Shown here one piece after another: positions 1 through 12,498 of a stretch of DNA of 64,000 nt (positions within the stretch are counted from its first letter, which is position 1; each line of letters opens with the position of its first letter). Under the pieces are notes generated by a model, which saw nothing but the letters and a program-made list of their open reading frames with translations, made no database searches and was not told the origin of the DNA. The stretch spans positions 18,848,001 through 18,912,000 of the forward strand of contig NC_043003.1 in assembly GCF_006345805.1 (NCBI RefSeq), written 5' to 3'. The stretch comes from Octopus sinensis. Its lineage: Eukaryota. The translations under genes were made by a program, and so were the position numbers.

Positions 1-203
1 AATACTAATCTTCAAGAGAAGAATTCTCTAAAAACTGTGACCTTAAGGCTCATAAATTCTAGGGATGTCAACCACAAATTCATTCTCTGTAACTCGAAAT
101 TTTTAGGTTCTTGTGAATTAAAAGAATTCATAACCAAAATATTTTGAAAGCAAACTTTAGTTATCATTTTATCATGAATTATAAATTAAGAGCACTGAAA
201 AAG

Positions 204-921
204 ACTACAGTGTCTTAATTCCTTTCCCTTCCATCTCTTTGCACTGGGATTTAAATAATCACTTCCATTATCTTCATTGCATTGGTGTCATATTTTTGTT
301 TTGTATTGGCACAGATTGGAGGGAATTTTTCGCAGCAGTGTTTTATGGCTAGATGCCCTTACTGGCTCCAGTAGGACATGCAGGGATACAGCTTACCTAT
401 TCTAAAATCTGGGACACACAGGATAATGGTTCACATTTAGAAATGGTTAATCTTTAGCCTTTGAACCAGCCAGATCTGACTCTGACCTCTCAGGACTACC
501 CTCCAATGCCATTCTAAAAATAAACAATCATATCATCAAAATTGCAAAGCTATGAGATAATGTATGGTTAATTCAAAACAACTAAATAAACATTACAATT
601 GACAGAATAATCTGAATGCTAAAGGGTTAAAGTAAAATCCATTTCGGCAATTATGTTTAAGTTAATGTATTATATTTAGTTTACAGACCATTTCTAAATG
701 TGAACCATTATCCTCTGTATCCCAGATTTTAGAATAGGTAAGCTGTATCCTTGCATGTCCTACTGGAGTCAGTAAGGGCATCTAGTAATAAAAATCTGTC
801 TTGAAAAATTCCATCCAATCCATGCCAGTACAGAAAAAATTGATGCAATGAAGATAATGGAAGTGTTTATTTAAATCCCAGTGAGAAGAGATGGAAAGAA
901 AAGGAATTAAGACGATGTAGT
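204..921. repeat. Long inverted repeat, arms ~204-447 and ~687-921, spacer ~240 bp
   Basis: 349-447 is the reverse complement of 687-785 with 4 mismatches. The outer parts (GTCTTAATTCCTT, CTGGGATTTAAATAA, ACTTCCATTATCTTCATTGCAT) also match with small indels. Confidence 0.95.
447..630. mobile_element. piggyBac-like MITE (family F), degenerate, in the loop of the inverted repeat
   Basis: TTAATCTTTAGC...GCTAAAGGGTTAA termini with TTAA flanks. The internal sequence matches copies at 39378-39594 and 41638-41862. Confidence 0.7.
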
Positions 922-3900
922 TTAGAAATGAAGATTGAAAAGTCAAGCTTCAAAGACAAAATGGTTCGTTATAAGGAAATATAGTGATATGCTGTTACTC
1001 AAACTCATACAATCCATTCTGGGTGTAGAACAACACAAATTAAATTCATGATATTCCAGAGAAGATATAAGATCATACATCAGGACTAAAACTACTTCAA
1101 GTGGTAGAGTCATATTTACTGTTTGATTCACTTTAAATTGTAATAATATATTAGATATCAAAGACTTTTGTTGCATCAGTTAACAGTTCACAGATATATG
1201 GAATGCAGATAAGTGTGCCCTACACTTATATTACATACTAGTAATAAGCATTGTTAATCCCCAATTATCGACAAGGTGTCTTAAATGCTTTGCCAATTGC
1301 AGAATGCAGACTATGCTTTTATCATCTAATTTCACCATTTCTGTCAGCACACACAGAACAGGCAAAGTAATGCACTAGAAACAACATAACCACACAGGTT
1401 GCACTACCTAGCAAGAGTGATGGACAAACTAATTTGCAGTATTTCTCTTACAGCTCTTTATGTTCAAATTTCACCTGGAGTTGACCTCATCATTTTTGAT
1501 AAAACACATACCAGTAATGTACAAATTCACTTAATTTGCTATGTATGTATATGTGGCCTTATGTAAAAGCAGCAGCAGTAAGAGTTGCAGTAAGGGTGGA
1601 GAGAGGGTGAGTTGGCAGAAATAGTCAAATGCCAGGTAAACTGTTTAACAGTATTTGAGTTAATCTCAATGCTTTGAGTTCGAATCCAATCAAACCTATC
1701 TTCATTTTTTATCCCTTTAGGGTCAATAGAATAAGTAGAGAGCAGACTACCTTTGTGGGTTCATATTTGTGGCAGACAAATATTGTTATGTCTCTAGGCA
1801 TGATGCTTAATTCCACCAGCTTCAACTCATCTAATTACTGGTACTGAGTATTCCTTCCAAAATGATATCCAGATAGAATAGCAGGGAGTCAGTTATCAGT
1901 CATTACTTAACTGAAACCACAGTGAAACAATGGCCCTTGTGAATCCCCAAGACTCATGAAAGAATTAACCTCCCAATGATTTTTTTTGTTAAGTGCCAAG
2001 GATGAAGAGGATAATTTACTTACATAGCATAGATGAGTAAACCAGTAATGTGAATGATGCGTATAGTAAACAATGTTCATAGTAAGAACTTCTCAACAAT
2101 ACACAAAGTAACCAACTGCCATGATCACAAATTCGAATAATGAATCACTATATCCTTATTTGTACCTTTTTCAAAATAACTGAAACAAAATTTAGCATCT
2201 ATTTAAAAATTACAATGACTGCTTCATTAGCTAGAATTGTGTCTACAAATAAATAAGAATGAATGTTTATAAACTTTCTACAACACGACTGACTCAAGAA
2301 AAACACAGCCATTAGTCACATGAAGGGATCAACATATTTACAAAAATAGGAGATGCACTTTCTAATTTCTTGTTTCTTTCATGAAACCAAATCAATTCAA
2401 ATAACGATCACATCATATTTTTATGAAAGATTTTGGTTAAGAAGCCTAATATTAAAACGAAATGAATCAATGCCCTAAAATGATTTCTTTCTAAGAGATA
2501 TTCCACTCAGCACTGGAGATGAATGAATCAGGCACTAGGGTTGATTCACCTGCAGCCCAATGTCCACGTATGTATGAAGTCAGCAGTGAAGATGAAAGCC
2601 TTATGATTTCTTGATCTTTGTCCTTATAGAACAGTCTGCCCATTTTAGTAAAGTGAATTATTAAGCAGTCATACATCAAGGATGACACTAATGAAACCTA
2701 AAAGTTATTTTTTATAGACATCTAAGACAGCACCAAGAAAACCTGAAAGCTTTTTTATTTTTTTTTTTACATAATTAAAAAGTGAAATTAAGATGTTAGA
2801 CAACTGGCCAAATGGTAAATGATTCTGACTTGAAACATAAACTCTGATTAACCCTTTTTTGATACCAACCTGTCCAAGTCCATCCCTGGTTCTATGACAC
2901 AAACTTCTTGTTTTAAAGTGATTTGAATTAAAATCTTGCAAATTTTCATGTTTAATTATGTTCCAAAGAATAGCTTAATTATTTTATTAAATTCTTCATT
3001 ATTTTCAAAATTAATTGAAACACAAGCAATGTGTTTCAACAGAAATAGGTTTACTAAACTGTGTAAAGTTTTCACTCAGACAAGGGATTTTAGTTTTTAT
3101 ACATACATACATATCATCATCAAACATCTGTCTTCTATATATATAATATTTGAAGTGAAGAGTTAGCTAATTTCACCCTTCTATCCACTACACCTACCAA
3201 TTTTAACTTGTTACCAGAAAGATGTGATCACAAAAACTTCATACAAACATTGTAACTGGAAACATCACAGTGTTAACATGCAATATAACTCCTCGCAGAG
3301 GTAGTTCTGGGGAAAAGTAGGCGAAGGAATTAAAAGAACATTGCACAAGAACTGTGGGAAGAGGTGAAGAAGCAACCAAAATGTGCAGAAGTTTGCTGTA
3401 TTACAAACACAATCATATCCACATGAAAACTGATGTAAAACTGAAGATGACAATGTTGAAAGCTTCAAACACTACTTAACAATCCCTCATTCTAAAGACT
3501 TGCTACCTAAATGAACACCTTTCCCTTTTCTTAGATTGCACAATACATTAAGTAACAATGCTCCAAACCCTTTATTCACTGCATCTATTTCAGTTGACTT
3601 CTAAATTCTCAAAGGTCCAGACAAAATGATAAATAGACATTTACAATCCTATATGGCAAAATACTGAGTAATTTAAGATATACGGAACAATATTAATAAA
3701 TCCAAACTTAATAGTACGTAGCTTTTTAAGCACAAGTTTACCTAACATGCAGTACTATAGTAATATTTACTTTATAAGCTACATTCTGGGTTCAAATTCC
3801 GCCGAGGTCGACTTTGCCTTTCATCCTTTCGGAGTCAATAAATTAAGTACCAATTGCATTCTGAGGTCAATCTAATCAACTGGCCCCAGATCTGGTTTGG

Positions 3901-4281
3901 TATTTCAGTTTTGAGTTTAAATCCTGTTATCAATGGTTACAAAATAAAGTTGATACTGTCAAATTACTGCCTTAGCTTTGCTCTACATTTCAAAAAAAAA
4001 TTTTTCTGAAATTCTCGGAAATGATCAGGAAGTTTAATACAGACATATACCGCCTAAATTAGCCATCTAGAATTTGGATACAAATAAAAGGAAGACAGAT
4101 TCATCTGACAAAGAATAAGGAATTAAGAGGTTAGAACTGAAATTTTGTAGGGGACTTGACTTTAAATTAATAGGAAGCATTTTCATAACTAAAAATTCTA
4201 ATGTATATACATTTAAGTAAAAATGTGTTTTGATAAATCACCTAAACTCATATGTTTGTTACAAGTAACTTGGTATAGTTT

Positions 4282-4666
4282 TTTTACTCTTTTACTTGTT
4301 TCAGTCATTTGACTGTGGCCATGCTAGAGCAGCGCCTTTAGTCAAGTAAATCAACCCCAGGACTTATTCTTTGTAAGCCTAGTACTTATTCTATCGGTCT
4401 CTTTTACCAAACCATTAAGTTACGGGAACATGAACACACCACCATCGGTTGTCAAGCGATGTTGGGGGGACAAACACAAACACATAAACACACATATGCT
4501 TACGACGGGCTTCTTTCAGTTTCCGTCTACCAAATCCACTCACAAGGCTTTGGTCGGCCCGATGCTATAGTAGAAGACACTTGCCCATAGTGCCACACAG
4601 TGGGACTGAGTCCGGAACCATGTGGTTGGTAAGCAAGCTACTTACCACACAGCCACTCCTGTGCCT
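4282..4666 (-). mobile_element. tRNA-derived SINE, family A, full length
   Basis: On minus: A-box-like TGGCTGTGTGG, B-box-like GGACTCAGTCC (GGTTCAGTCC in other copies), GGGCAAGTGTCTTCTACTATAGC core and AAGTAAAAAGAGTAA tail. Closely similar copies at 31074, 44590 and 50220. Confidence 0.85.
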
Positions 4667-5394
4667 ACTATCTCATCATTTGCCACAAGTGTTGTTGAAA
4701 GTAAAATGGAAGAAGAAAACAATGAAAACATATTTCTAGACAATTTCAGATGAGAACACTTACTATAAGAAACAAAACTTAAATTAATACTGCAGCATAA
4801 ATTTAATGCAAGGGGCAAACTGTCTTCTATCAGCATAAAAATACAAAGATAACATCTAGATAGAGATCTTGAACTTACAACAACAAACGTGATTATACAT
4901 ATGCAGCAGAGTATGTACAACACAAGCAAAAAATATCAACATGTTATCCTGCATGCATTAAATGGGTGTGTATGTATGCACTTGTGTGTGTGTATGAGGA
5001 GTGGTTGTGTGGTTAAAAAGCTTGCTTCCCAAACATGTGGTGCCTTGGCCAAACGTCTTCTAACTTGGTTTTAGGCCTTATGAGTATGTGTGATAGAAGC
5101 CTAGAAGAAGACCACCCCACCATGTGTGTGTGTGTGTGTGTGTGTGTGCGTGCCTCTTTGTCTAGCCATCACATGATAGTTGTAAATGAGCATCATCATC
5201 ATACAAATGAGGTGGTTTGTTTCCAGTCTTCTGTGGAAAAACATGTCTAGTAATGAGAAATTGCTTGGACACATGTGTGGGCTGTCAACAAGAAGGGCAT
5301 CCAGCTACAGAAAATCTGCATGCATGCATGCATGAAAAAGTAGACAAATGATATGTATGTGTGTGCCCCTTTGTCTAGCCATCACATGGCTTTC

Positions 5395-5990
5395 AATTCC
5401 CAGGCTCAAAATCATGAGGTAGTGGGTTCGATTCACAGACTAGGCTATATGTTGTGATCTTGAGCAAGATACTGTATTTCACATTGCTCCAGTTTACTCA
5501 GCTGTAGAAATGAATTGTGACATCACTGGTACCAAACTATGTTGGCCTTTGCCTTTCCCTTGGATAACATGGGTGGTGTGGATAGGGGAGGCCAGTATGC
5601 ACTAGCGACTGCTGGTCTTTCATAAACAACCTTGCCTAGGCTTGTGCCTTGAAGGGTAACTTTTTAGGTGCAATCCCATGGTCATTCATGACCAAAGGGG
5701 TTCTTTACCCAAATATATATAGTGAAGACACATGGCCTAGTGGTTAGGATGTTGTACTCATGAACGCAAAATCATGGTTTCAATTCCCAGACCAGCAGTG
5801 TGTTGTGTTCATGAGCAAAATGTTTCGTTTTACATTACTCCAGCTCCCTCAGCTATGTGTAACAGACTGATGCATTGTTCACATGAATGCTGGCCTGCTT
5901 GCCTAGGTAGTAAGATGGCATCATTCGAAAGCTACAACTATGTGAGGTAACATACAGTGACCAGCAGTGTGTAACATCCGATAGTTTATC
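5395..5990 (+). mobile_element. Two adjacent tRNA-derived SINEs (family G type)
   Basis: GGTTCGATTC / GGTTTCAATTCC B-box heads followed by a TTGAGCAAGA..ACT core. The first unit is homologous over ~300 bp to 45620-45953. Confidence 0.75.
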
Positions 5991-6329
5991 CTTGAATACA
6001 AGCATTTCCCCTATATTCTTCTTTAGCTAAGCAACCCTAACCTTGTGGGCTCATGGGTGCTGATGCCAGTGCTTCGTGACAATACACTTTGTAAAGTGGT
6101 TAGCATTAGGATGGGCATCCAGTCAAAGAAACCATGCCAAAACAGACATGAACCCTAAGCAGCTCTTCAGCTGACCAGCTTCTATCAAACCATCCAACCC
6201 ATGCCAGCATGGAAAATGGACATATGATGATAATGAGATACACAAATGCACACACTTTTATATTTTCATGCTGAGAAGCCTGGCAATACCCGGAGCCTGT
6301 GCAGGCCCTCTGAGATTTGTGAAACTGAT

Positions 6330-7570
6330 GGCATCTTGAACCTTTGCAAATCAATAATACCTGCAAGAAAGATATGAACAGAGAAGAAATTCTAGTGGGA
6401 TAACATTCTGGAAAGAGAGGACTGGGTACAACAATTAGTGCCAGTCTTGGGTGTTGAACATGAAGGTGATGAGAGGAGAACAAAAGTAACATGAGCTCAG
6501 CTTGTACCAAGAAGTACAGACCATTATAGTATCAATAGAAAAGGCAAAGAACAGAGACAGTACACAAAAAGACCAGAGTCTGTGCCTGTCTAAAAGTGAG
6601 TTTATGACAATAATATAGCCCTGAACTGAATGTGGCCTACAATGTCTGTGAGGGCAATTGTCCATTTTGGGCCTCACATGGGCTTTATAGAGTGTCAATA
6701 GTTGTTAAGTATTGGGCTATCTTGTTTCCCCTGCTCTCCAAAAATGAGTTGGTTTCTGGGATGCAGGCCTATCTAAATTTACGATGCACTTTTGCAAAGA
6801 GAGATCCTGTGATAGTGAGGCCCAACAGTTGGAGTAAACATCAGGGCTCAAGCTGCATGCTTATCATGGTTAAAGGTGTTGTGTCTTTAATCGTTTATTT
6901 CAGTCACTGGACTGTGGTCATTTTGGCGCACCACTTTGAAGAGTTTGGTCAAACAAATCAACTCCAGTACCTGTTTTGAAATCTGGCACTTATTCTAATG
7001 ATCTTTTTTGTGAGGACATAAACAAACCAACAACAGTTGTCAAGTGTTGGGGGCTACAAATACACACACATATATACATGATAAGCTTCTATACAGCTTC
7101 CATCTCCCGAATTCAGTCACAAGGTGCCATGCAGTGGGACTGAACTTGAAATCACATGGTTGCAAAGCGAACGTCTTTACCAATCATAAGGTTTTGCTGT
7201 TGAAACAGACAAGATTGATTTATCTCCATTATAAGAGGCTTTTAGGGTCTGTATTCATGGAATCCATACAGGACTGAAGAATAGAGTCATCCACATAAGA
7301 GTGGCACTGATGGATTTGATGATAATTAAGTTATTGATGAACAGAAGGAAGAAAGCCAAATGTCTTGCAAACAACTTGTACATGCAAGTGCTACCAGTCA
7401 AAAACTCCACATACCAGAAGCCAGCAAGTGTATGGGGTCAACAGGAGGGAATGCGCGCTGTTTCGGGGCCTACCTCTCGAAGCAAAACCCTAGAGCATGC
7501 CAAAGTTGACAGAATGAGGGACAAAAAGAGCTCCCTTAACACATGCTGTGAGAGTAAGCTCTAATACAAA
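6330..7570 (-). mobile_element. Degenerate non-LTR retrotransposon RT/C-terminal fragment (CR1/Jockey-like), interrupted by a family A SINE at ~6880-7190
   Basis: Minus-strand remnants FLLFINNL (~7328-7350) and SYVDDS (YADD-box variant, 7286-7297), and downstream TLYKAHVRPKMDNCPH (cf. LYKAxVRPxMEYC). Contains frameshifts. Confidence 0.7.
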
Positions 7571-8871
7571 ACTATCCAAACCAAAGACAAATAATGACTG
7601 AAGTCCACTGGAAAGTAAGTTTCAGTAAGAGATCCTTTTTTTCATAATAAATTTGTTTATTCAAAGTAAATGTTAAATTTGAAAGAGTCACACGATGTGC
7701 TAGACAGTTAAAAGCTTCACTGATATAACAACACTTCATCATAGCAACAGTTAATTGCCAGGTGACATAAAAGTGCAAGTCCTGTGTGGATCTGGTATAG
7801 CAGAAAGTATACTAGTGGTCACTAAGGGGAGAGAAGTATTCGAGATGTCACAGGTTGTATCTGTTAATGGTTGGCAAGACCAGAGATACCAACATACATG
7901 CATGTATACCATTATCATTATTGTTTGATGCCCATCTTTCCGTGCTTGCATGGGTTGGATGGAATTTGCTGAGGTGGATTTTCTACAGCCTGATGCCCTT
8001 CCTGTAACCAACACACATTTGTTTCCAAGTACGGTAATGTTTCTCCATGACTAGACATGTTTCCTTGCAAGACTGAAAATGAAGGTCATTGCTTGCATGA
8101 TGGTGACACTCATTTACAACTATCACAACAAGTCGAGGAAAGTAGGCAGTAACACACATACATATGAGTGTGTACGTGTGTACATGAGAGAGTTCTTTCA
8201 ATTTCTGTCAATCAAATCCACTCACCAATGCTTTGGTTGGCCCAGTGGGATTGTGCCACACAGTGGGACTGAACCAAAAGACTACATGGTTGGGAAGCAA
8301 GCTTCTTACCAGAGCCACAATCATCATCATCATCATCATTTAATGTCTGTTTTCCAAACTGACATGGCTAGGAATGGTTTGTCAGGAGCTGGAAAGTCAG
8401 AAGGCTGCACTAAGATCTGTCAGTTTTGGCAGGGTTTCTACAGCTGGATGCCCTTCTTAATGCCAACCACTTTACAAAGTGGCACCTGCATCAGTGATGT
8501 CACCAAGTAACTTACAGGACAAAACCTCTCAACTGGAAGTGGGGGGTAGTATTGAGGAAGAGAAAAGGTGACTTGCATTAGAAAAGAAAAATGGCAGATG
8601 TTGTGATGGGGAGAGAGGGAGACACTCAAGTTACAGAGTGGTGTACACAGTGAAGTGGACCAGGGATTGGAGTGAGTGAGTGGGTTCACTACATTTGAAA
8701 AGGAGAGTGGGAGCTAGAAGTGGGGGTGTTGTAATGAGTGGGCATTGGGAGAGGGAGGATATATTAGGAAAATATTTTGTGGGGAAGGGATTTAACAGGG
8801 CATATTGTATGCACATAGGTACACGAGAGGGTGGGAATACACACACACACATACATTTGAATACAGGCATT

Positions 8872-8902
<31 letters not shown>

Positions 8903-9536
8903 CCCAAGCTAGCATGAAAAGTAAATGTAACTTTCTGCTGATTAAAAAGAGAAAAGAAAAAAAAACTATGAGTGCATGTGTGTTTGTGTACAAAAACTTT
9001 GTAGAATAGAATATAAGTGAACTCACAAAGAAAGATTTCCTGTCACAAACAGAGTGGTATTTCTGAAAAGGTTTTCAGCACTATACTTTCTCAATATCTC
9101 AAAAAATATCTAGTATATTATCAATGGTCTTATTTTTCATTTAGATTGCCTGTACATTAAAAACATTAGCCAGTACCACCTATAAAATTAAATTGAAAAC
9201 TAATGCTTTGCAAACTAATTTCATAATAGTTATTATTGTATACCTTAAGCCTCCTGACTAGCCTAATCTTTTATGCAATGGTGATGATTAAAGTTAAATG
9301 GTCATGTAGTGTCATGATACAATATTTAGGCCTAAAAAGTAAAGGATTAGATTGTGCTTTTGTAAGACGATTAGCTTAAATCCTTTTTTTATTTTTTTGT
9401 TATTACTTTCGTACAGAAATTGTTGGATGGATACAATTTTTATTTAAACATATTGGCATAAATAGTATACAATGTTTTTGCATGTACCTCTCTGTCTCTC
9501 TCTCTCTATCTCTATATATATATATATATATACCTT

Positions 9537-10140
9537 CATCATTATTGTTTAACGTCCGTTTTCCATGCTGGCATGGGTTGGACGGTTTGACTGGGGACTG
9601 GCAAGGTTTCTACAGCTGGGTGCCCTTCCTAACACCAACCATTCCAAGAGTGTAGTGGGTGCTTTTTATGTGCCACCAGCACAGGAGCTGGCCAGGGTGG
9701 GGACTGGCATCGACCATGATTGGATGGTGCTTTTTACATGCCATCAATACAGGAGCCAACTGGGGAGGTGGGGGACTGGATGGCATTGACCACATTCAGA
9801 TGGCGCTTTTTACATGCCAGCGGCACAGGGGGCCAGTCAGGCAGCAATGGCATCAACCCACGCTTCAATGGTGCATATTACGTGCCACCAGCACAGGTGT
9901 CAGTCAGGCGGCAGTAGCATCGGCCACAACTACAATTTACATATTCATTTCGATCCTAATTTGTTTTTGATTTCTGATTTTATTTGACTCAATAGGTCGC
10001 CCGATTATTCAAAGGTACTTTTAAATGGGCTGGTTATGCGACACTGGAATAGGCTACAGCTGTGATCCTACTTTACTTGCCAGGTCTTCTCAATCACAGC
10101 ATATCTCCAAAGGACTCGGTCTCTTCTCATTGCCTCTGCA
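9537..10140 (-). mobile_element. 5'-truncated RTE LINE 3' end (family B) with 4 internal minisatellite units
   Basis: Diagnostic tail AACCCATGCCAGCATGGAAAACGGACGTTAAAC on minus, units GGTGCTTTTTACGTGCCACC.GCAC, and an ORF-end remnant near 10080-10140. Confidence 0.8.
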
Positions 10141-10306
10141 ATTGCCTATACATAATCAACTGAAATTGTGAGGATAATCTGGTGCTTGACTGAGAAAAGA
10201 AAACTTCGAATGACCCATTATTGTTTTCTTTGTATCGTCTATCTGGACGTTTTGTTATCCCATTTTTGTATCACCTAGCTGTCCAGATGCTTTGCACTCT
10301 AGTCCC

Positions 10307-10367
<61 letters not shown>

Positions 10368-10440
10368 ATGTGTGTGTGTGTGTGTGTGTGAGTGTATGTA
10401 TGTATACATATATACATATCAGGGTGCAGGTGTTAATATA

Positions 10441-10790
10441 TAGAAATATGACAAAAATCCATACCTGTGAAAGATTTCAAAACATTTATAAAGACAGGGC
10501 CTTACAGCTGTTCCCAGGATATTTTATAAATCCCTTCATCGGAGACAGTGTAAGAAAATGGTTATGCTTAAATAATGGAACTGCAGATACAATATACCTA
10601 CATATTTCACGTCTGTTTTCATTCCTTCACTTCATTCTCTATTTCACATCTTCTCTAGAATAACTATTGCTTAACCATTCTCTCGCACCGTCTCCAATGA
10701 AGGTATATATAAAATATCCCTGAAACAGCTGTAAGACCTCATTATAAATGTTCTGAAATATTTCACAGCCTTGGATTTTTATCTCATTCT
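10441..10790. mobile_element. Inverted pair of Penelope-like terminal repeats, each with a degenerate minimal type I hammerhead motif
   Basis: 10441-10568 is the reverse complement of ~10669-10790. Each arm contains GTCT-CCRATGA-stem II-GRAAC-AGCT-GTA-AGRC. Confidence 0.65.
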
Positions 10791-11050
10791 ATGAACTTTA
10801 TATATATATATATACACATCTATATATGCTTAAATATATATACATAAACATATCTACATACATATACACAGAGATATATCGACATACATATACATAAATA
10901 TAGATACATATAAACACAAAAATATATACATACATATATACAAATATATATATACATATACATGTTTATATATATATGTACATACACTTATACATACAAA
11001 TAAACATACATATATATATATATATGCATATACATACAAACATATACGCG

Positions 11051-11495
11051 TTTACTCTTTTACTTGTTTCAGTCATTTGACTGTGGCCATACTGGAGCAC
11101 TGCATTTAGTCAAGCAAATCATTGCCAGGACGTATTCTTTGTAAGCCAAGTACATATTATATCCGTCCTTTTGCTGAACTGCTAAGTAACAGGGAGGTAA
11201 ACACACCAACATCGGTTTTCATGCGATGTTGGGGGGATGGCATACAGCTGTAGAAACTCTGCCAAATCAAGACTGGAGCCTGGTACAGCCATCTGGTTCG
11301 CCAGCCCTCAGTCAAAATCATCCAAGCCATGCTAGCTTGGAAAGCGGACGTTATACGATGATGATGATGATACAGACTTGTATACAACGGGTTTCTTTCA
11401 GTTATCATCTGTTAAATCCACTCACAAGGCTTTGGTCGACCCGAAACTATAGTAGAAGACACATGCTCAAGGTACCACACAGTGGGACTGAACCC
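11051..11495 (-). mobile_element. Family A SINE with a nested, oppositely oriented family B (RTE) tail at ~11238-11370
   Basis: The family A body stops at GTTGGGGGGA, the B tail ending (GAT)n follows, then family A resumes at ACAACGGGTTTCTTTCAG. Confidence 0.8.
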
Positions 11496-11525
11496 ACAGC
11501 ATATATATGTACACATATGCATACG

Positions 11526-11559
<34 letters not shown>

Positions 11560-12466
11560 TAATTAAAAGTTTACATATACATACACATATGTATATGTGC
11601 ATCTATATATATATATATACAGATGCATATCTACATGCATATATATATTCATATATACCAAGATGCATATATATATATACATATCTACATAGATGTATAT
11701 ATATATACACATACATATCTACATAGGTGCGTATATATATTGATAAATATATACACATATATATATATACATGTGCATATATATAGATATGCATGTATAT
11801 ATGTATTTACATGCATATATAGATAAACATACATATATATATATACATACATACACATATGTATATATACATACATATATAGATAAACATACATACACAT
11901 ATGTATATATACATACATATATAGATAAACATACATACACATATGTATATATACATACATATATAGATAAACATACATATATATATATACATACATACAC
12001 ATATGTATATATACATACATATATAGATAAACATACATATATATACATACATATATGTATACATACATACATATATATTTACATACATATATAGATAAAC
12101 ATACATATATATATACATACATATATGTATATATACATACATATATATTTACATACATATATGTATATATACATACATATATATTTACATACATATATGT
12201 ATATATACATACATACAAATACATATATACATATATATATACATCTATATATACATCTATATATACATCTATATATACATCTATATATACATCTATATAT
12301 ACATCTATATATACATATATATACATATATATATACATCTATATATACATCTATATATGTACATATCTGTATACATACGTCTACATATATAATATATATA
12401 TATATATATACACATATATACATATATATATACATCTATATATGTACATATCTGTATACATACGTC

Positions 12467-12498
<32 letters not shown>

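Noticed and set aside
1180-1230. DIWNADKCAL resembling the pogo/Tigger IxNxDET motif
   Set aside because: A single short motif with flanking stops; no TIRs or further transposase similarity seen.
2491-2700. Minus ORF preceded by an AG, as a possible liprin-alpha exon
   Set aside because: No coiled-coil or liprin similarity, weak pyrimidine tract and no good donor.
9655-9930. CRISPR-like pattern: ~25-nt hairpin repeat with ~40-nt spacers
   Set aside because: The spacers are homologous to one another and recur in every family B copy. The context is eukaryotic with no cas genes, so this is a retroelement minisatellite.
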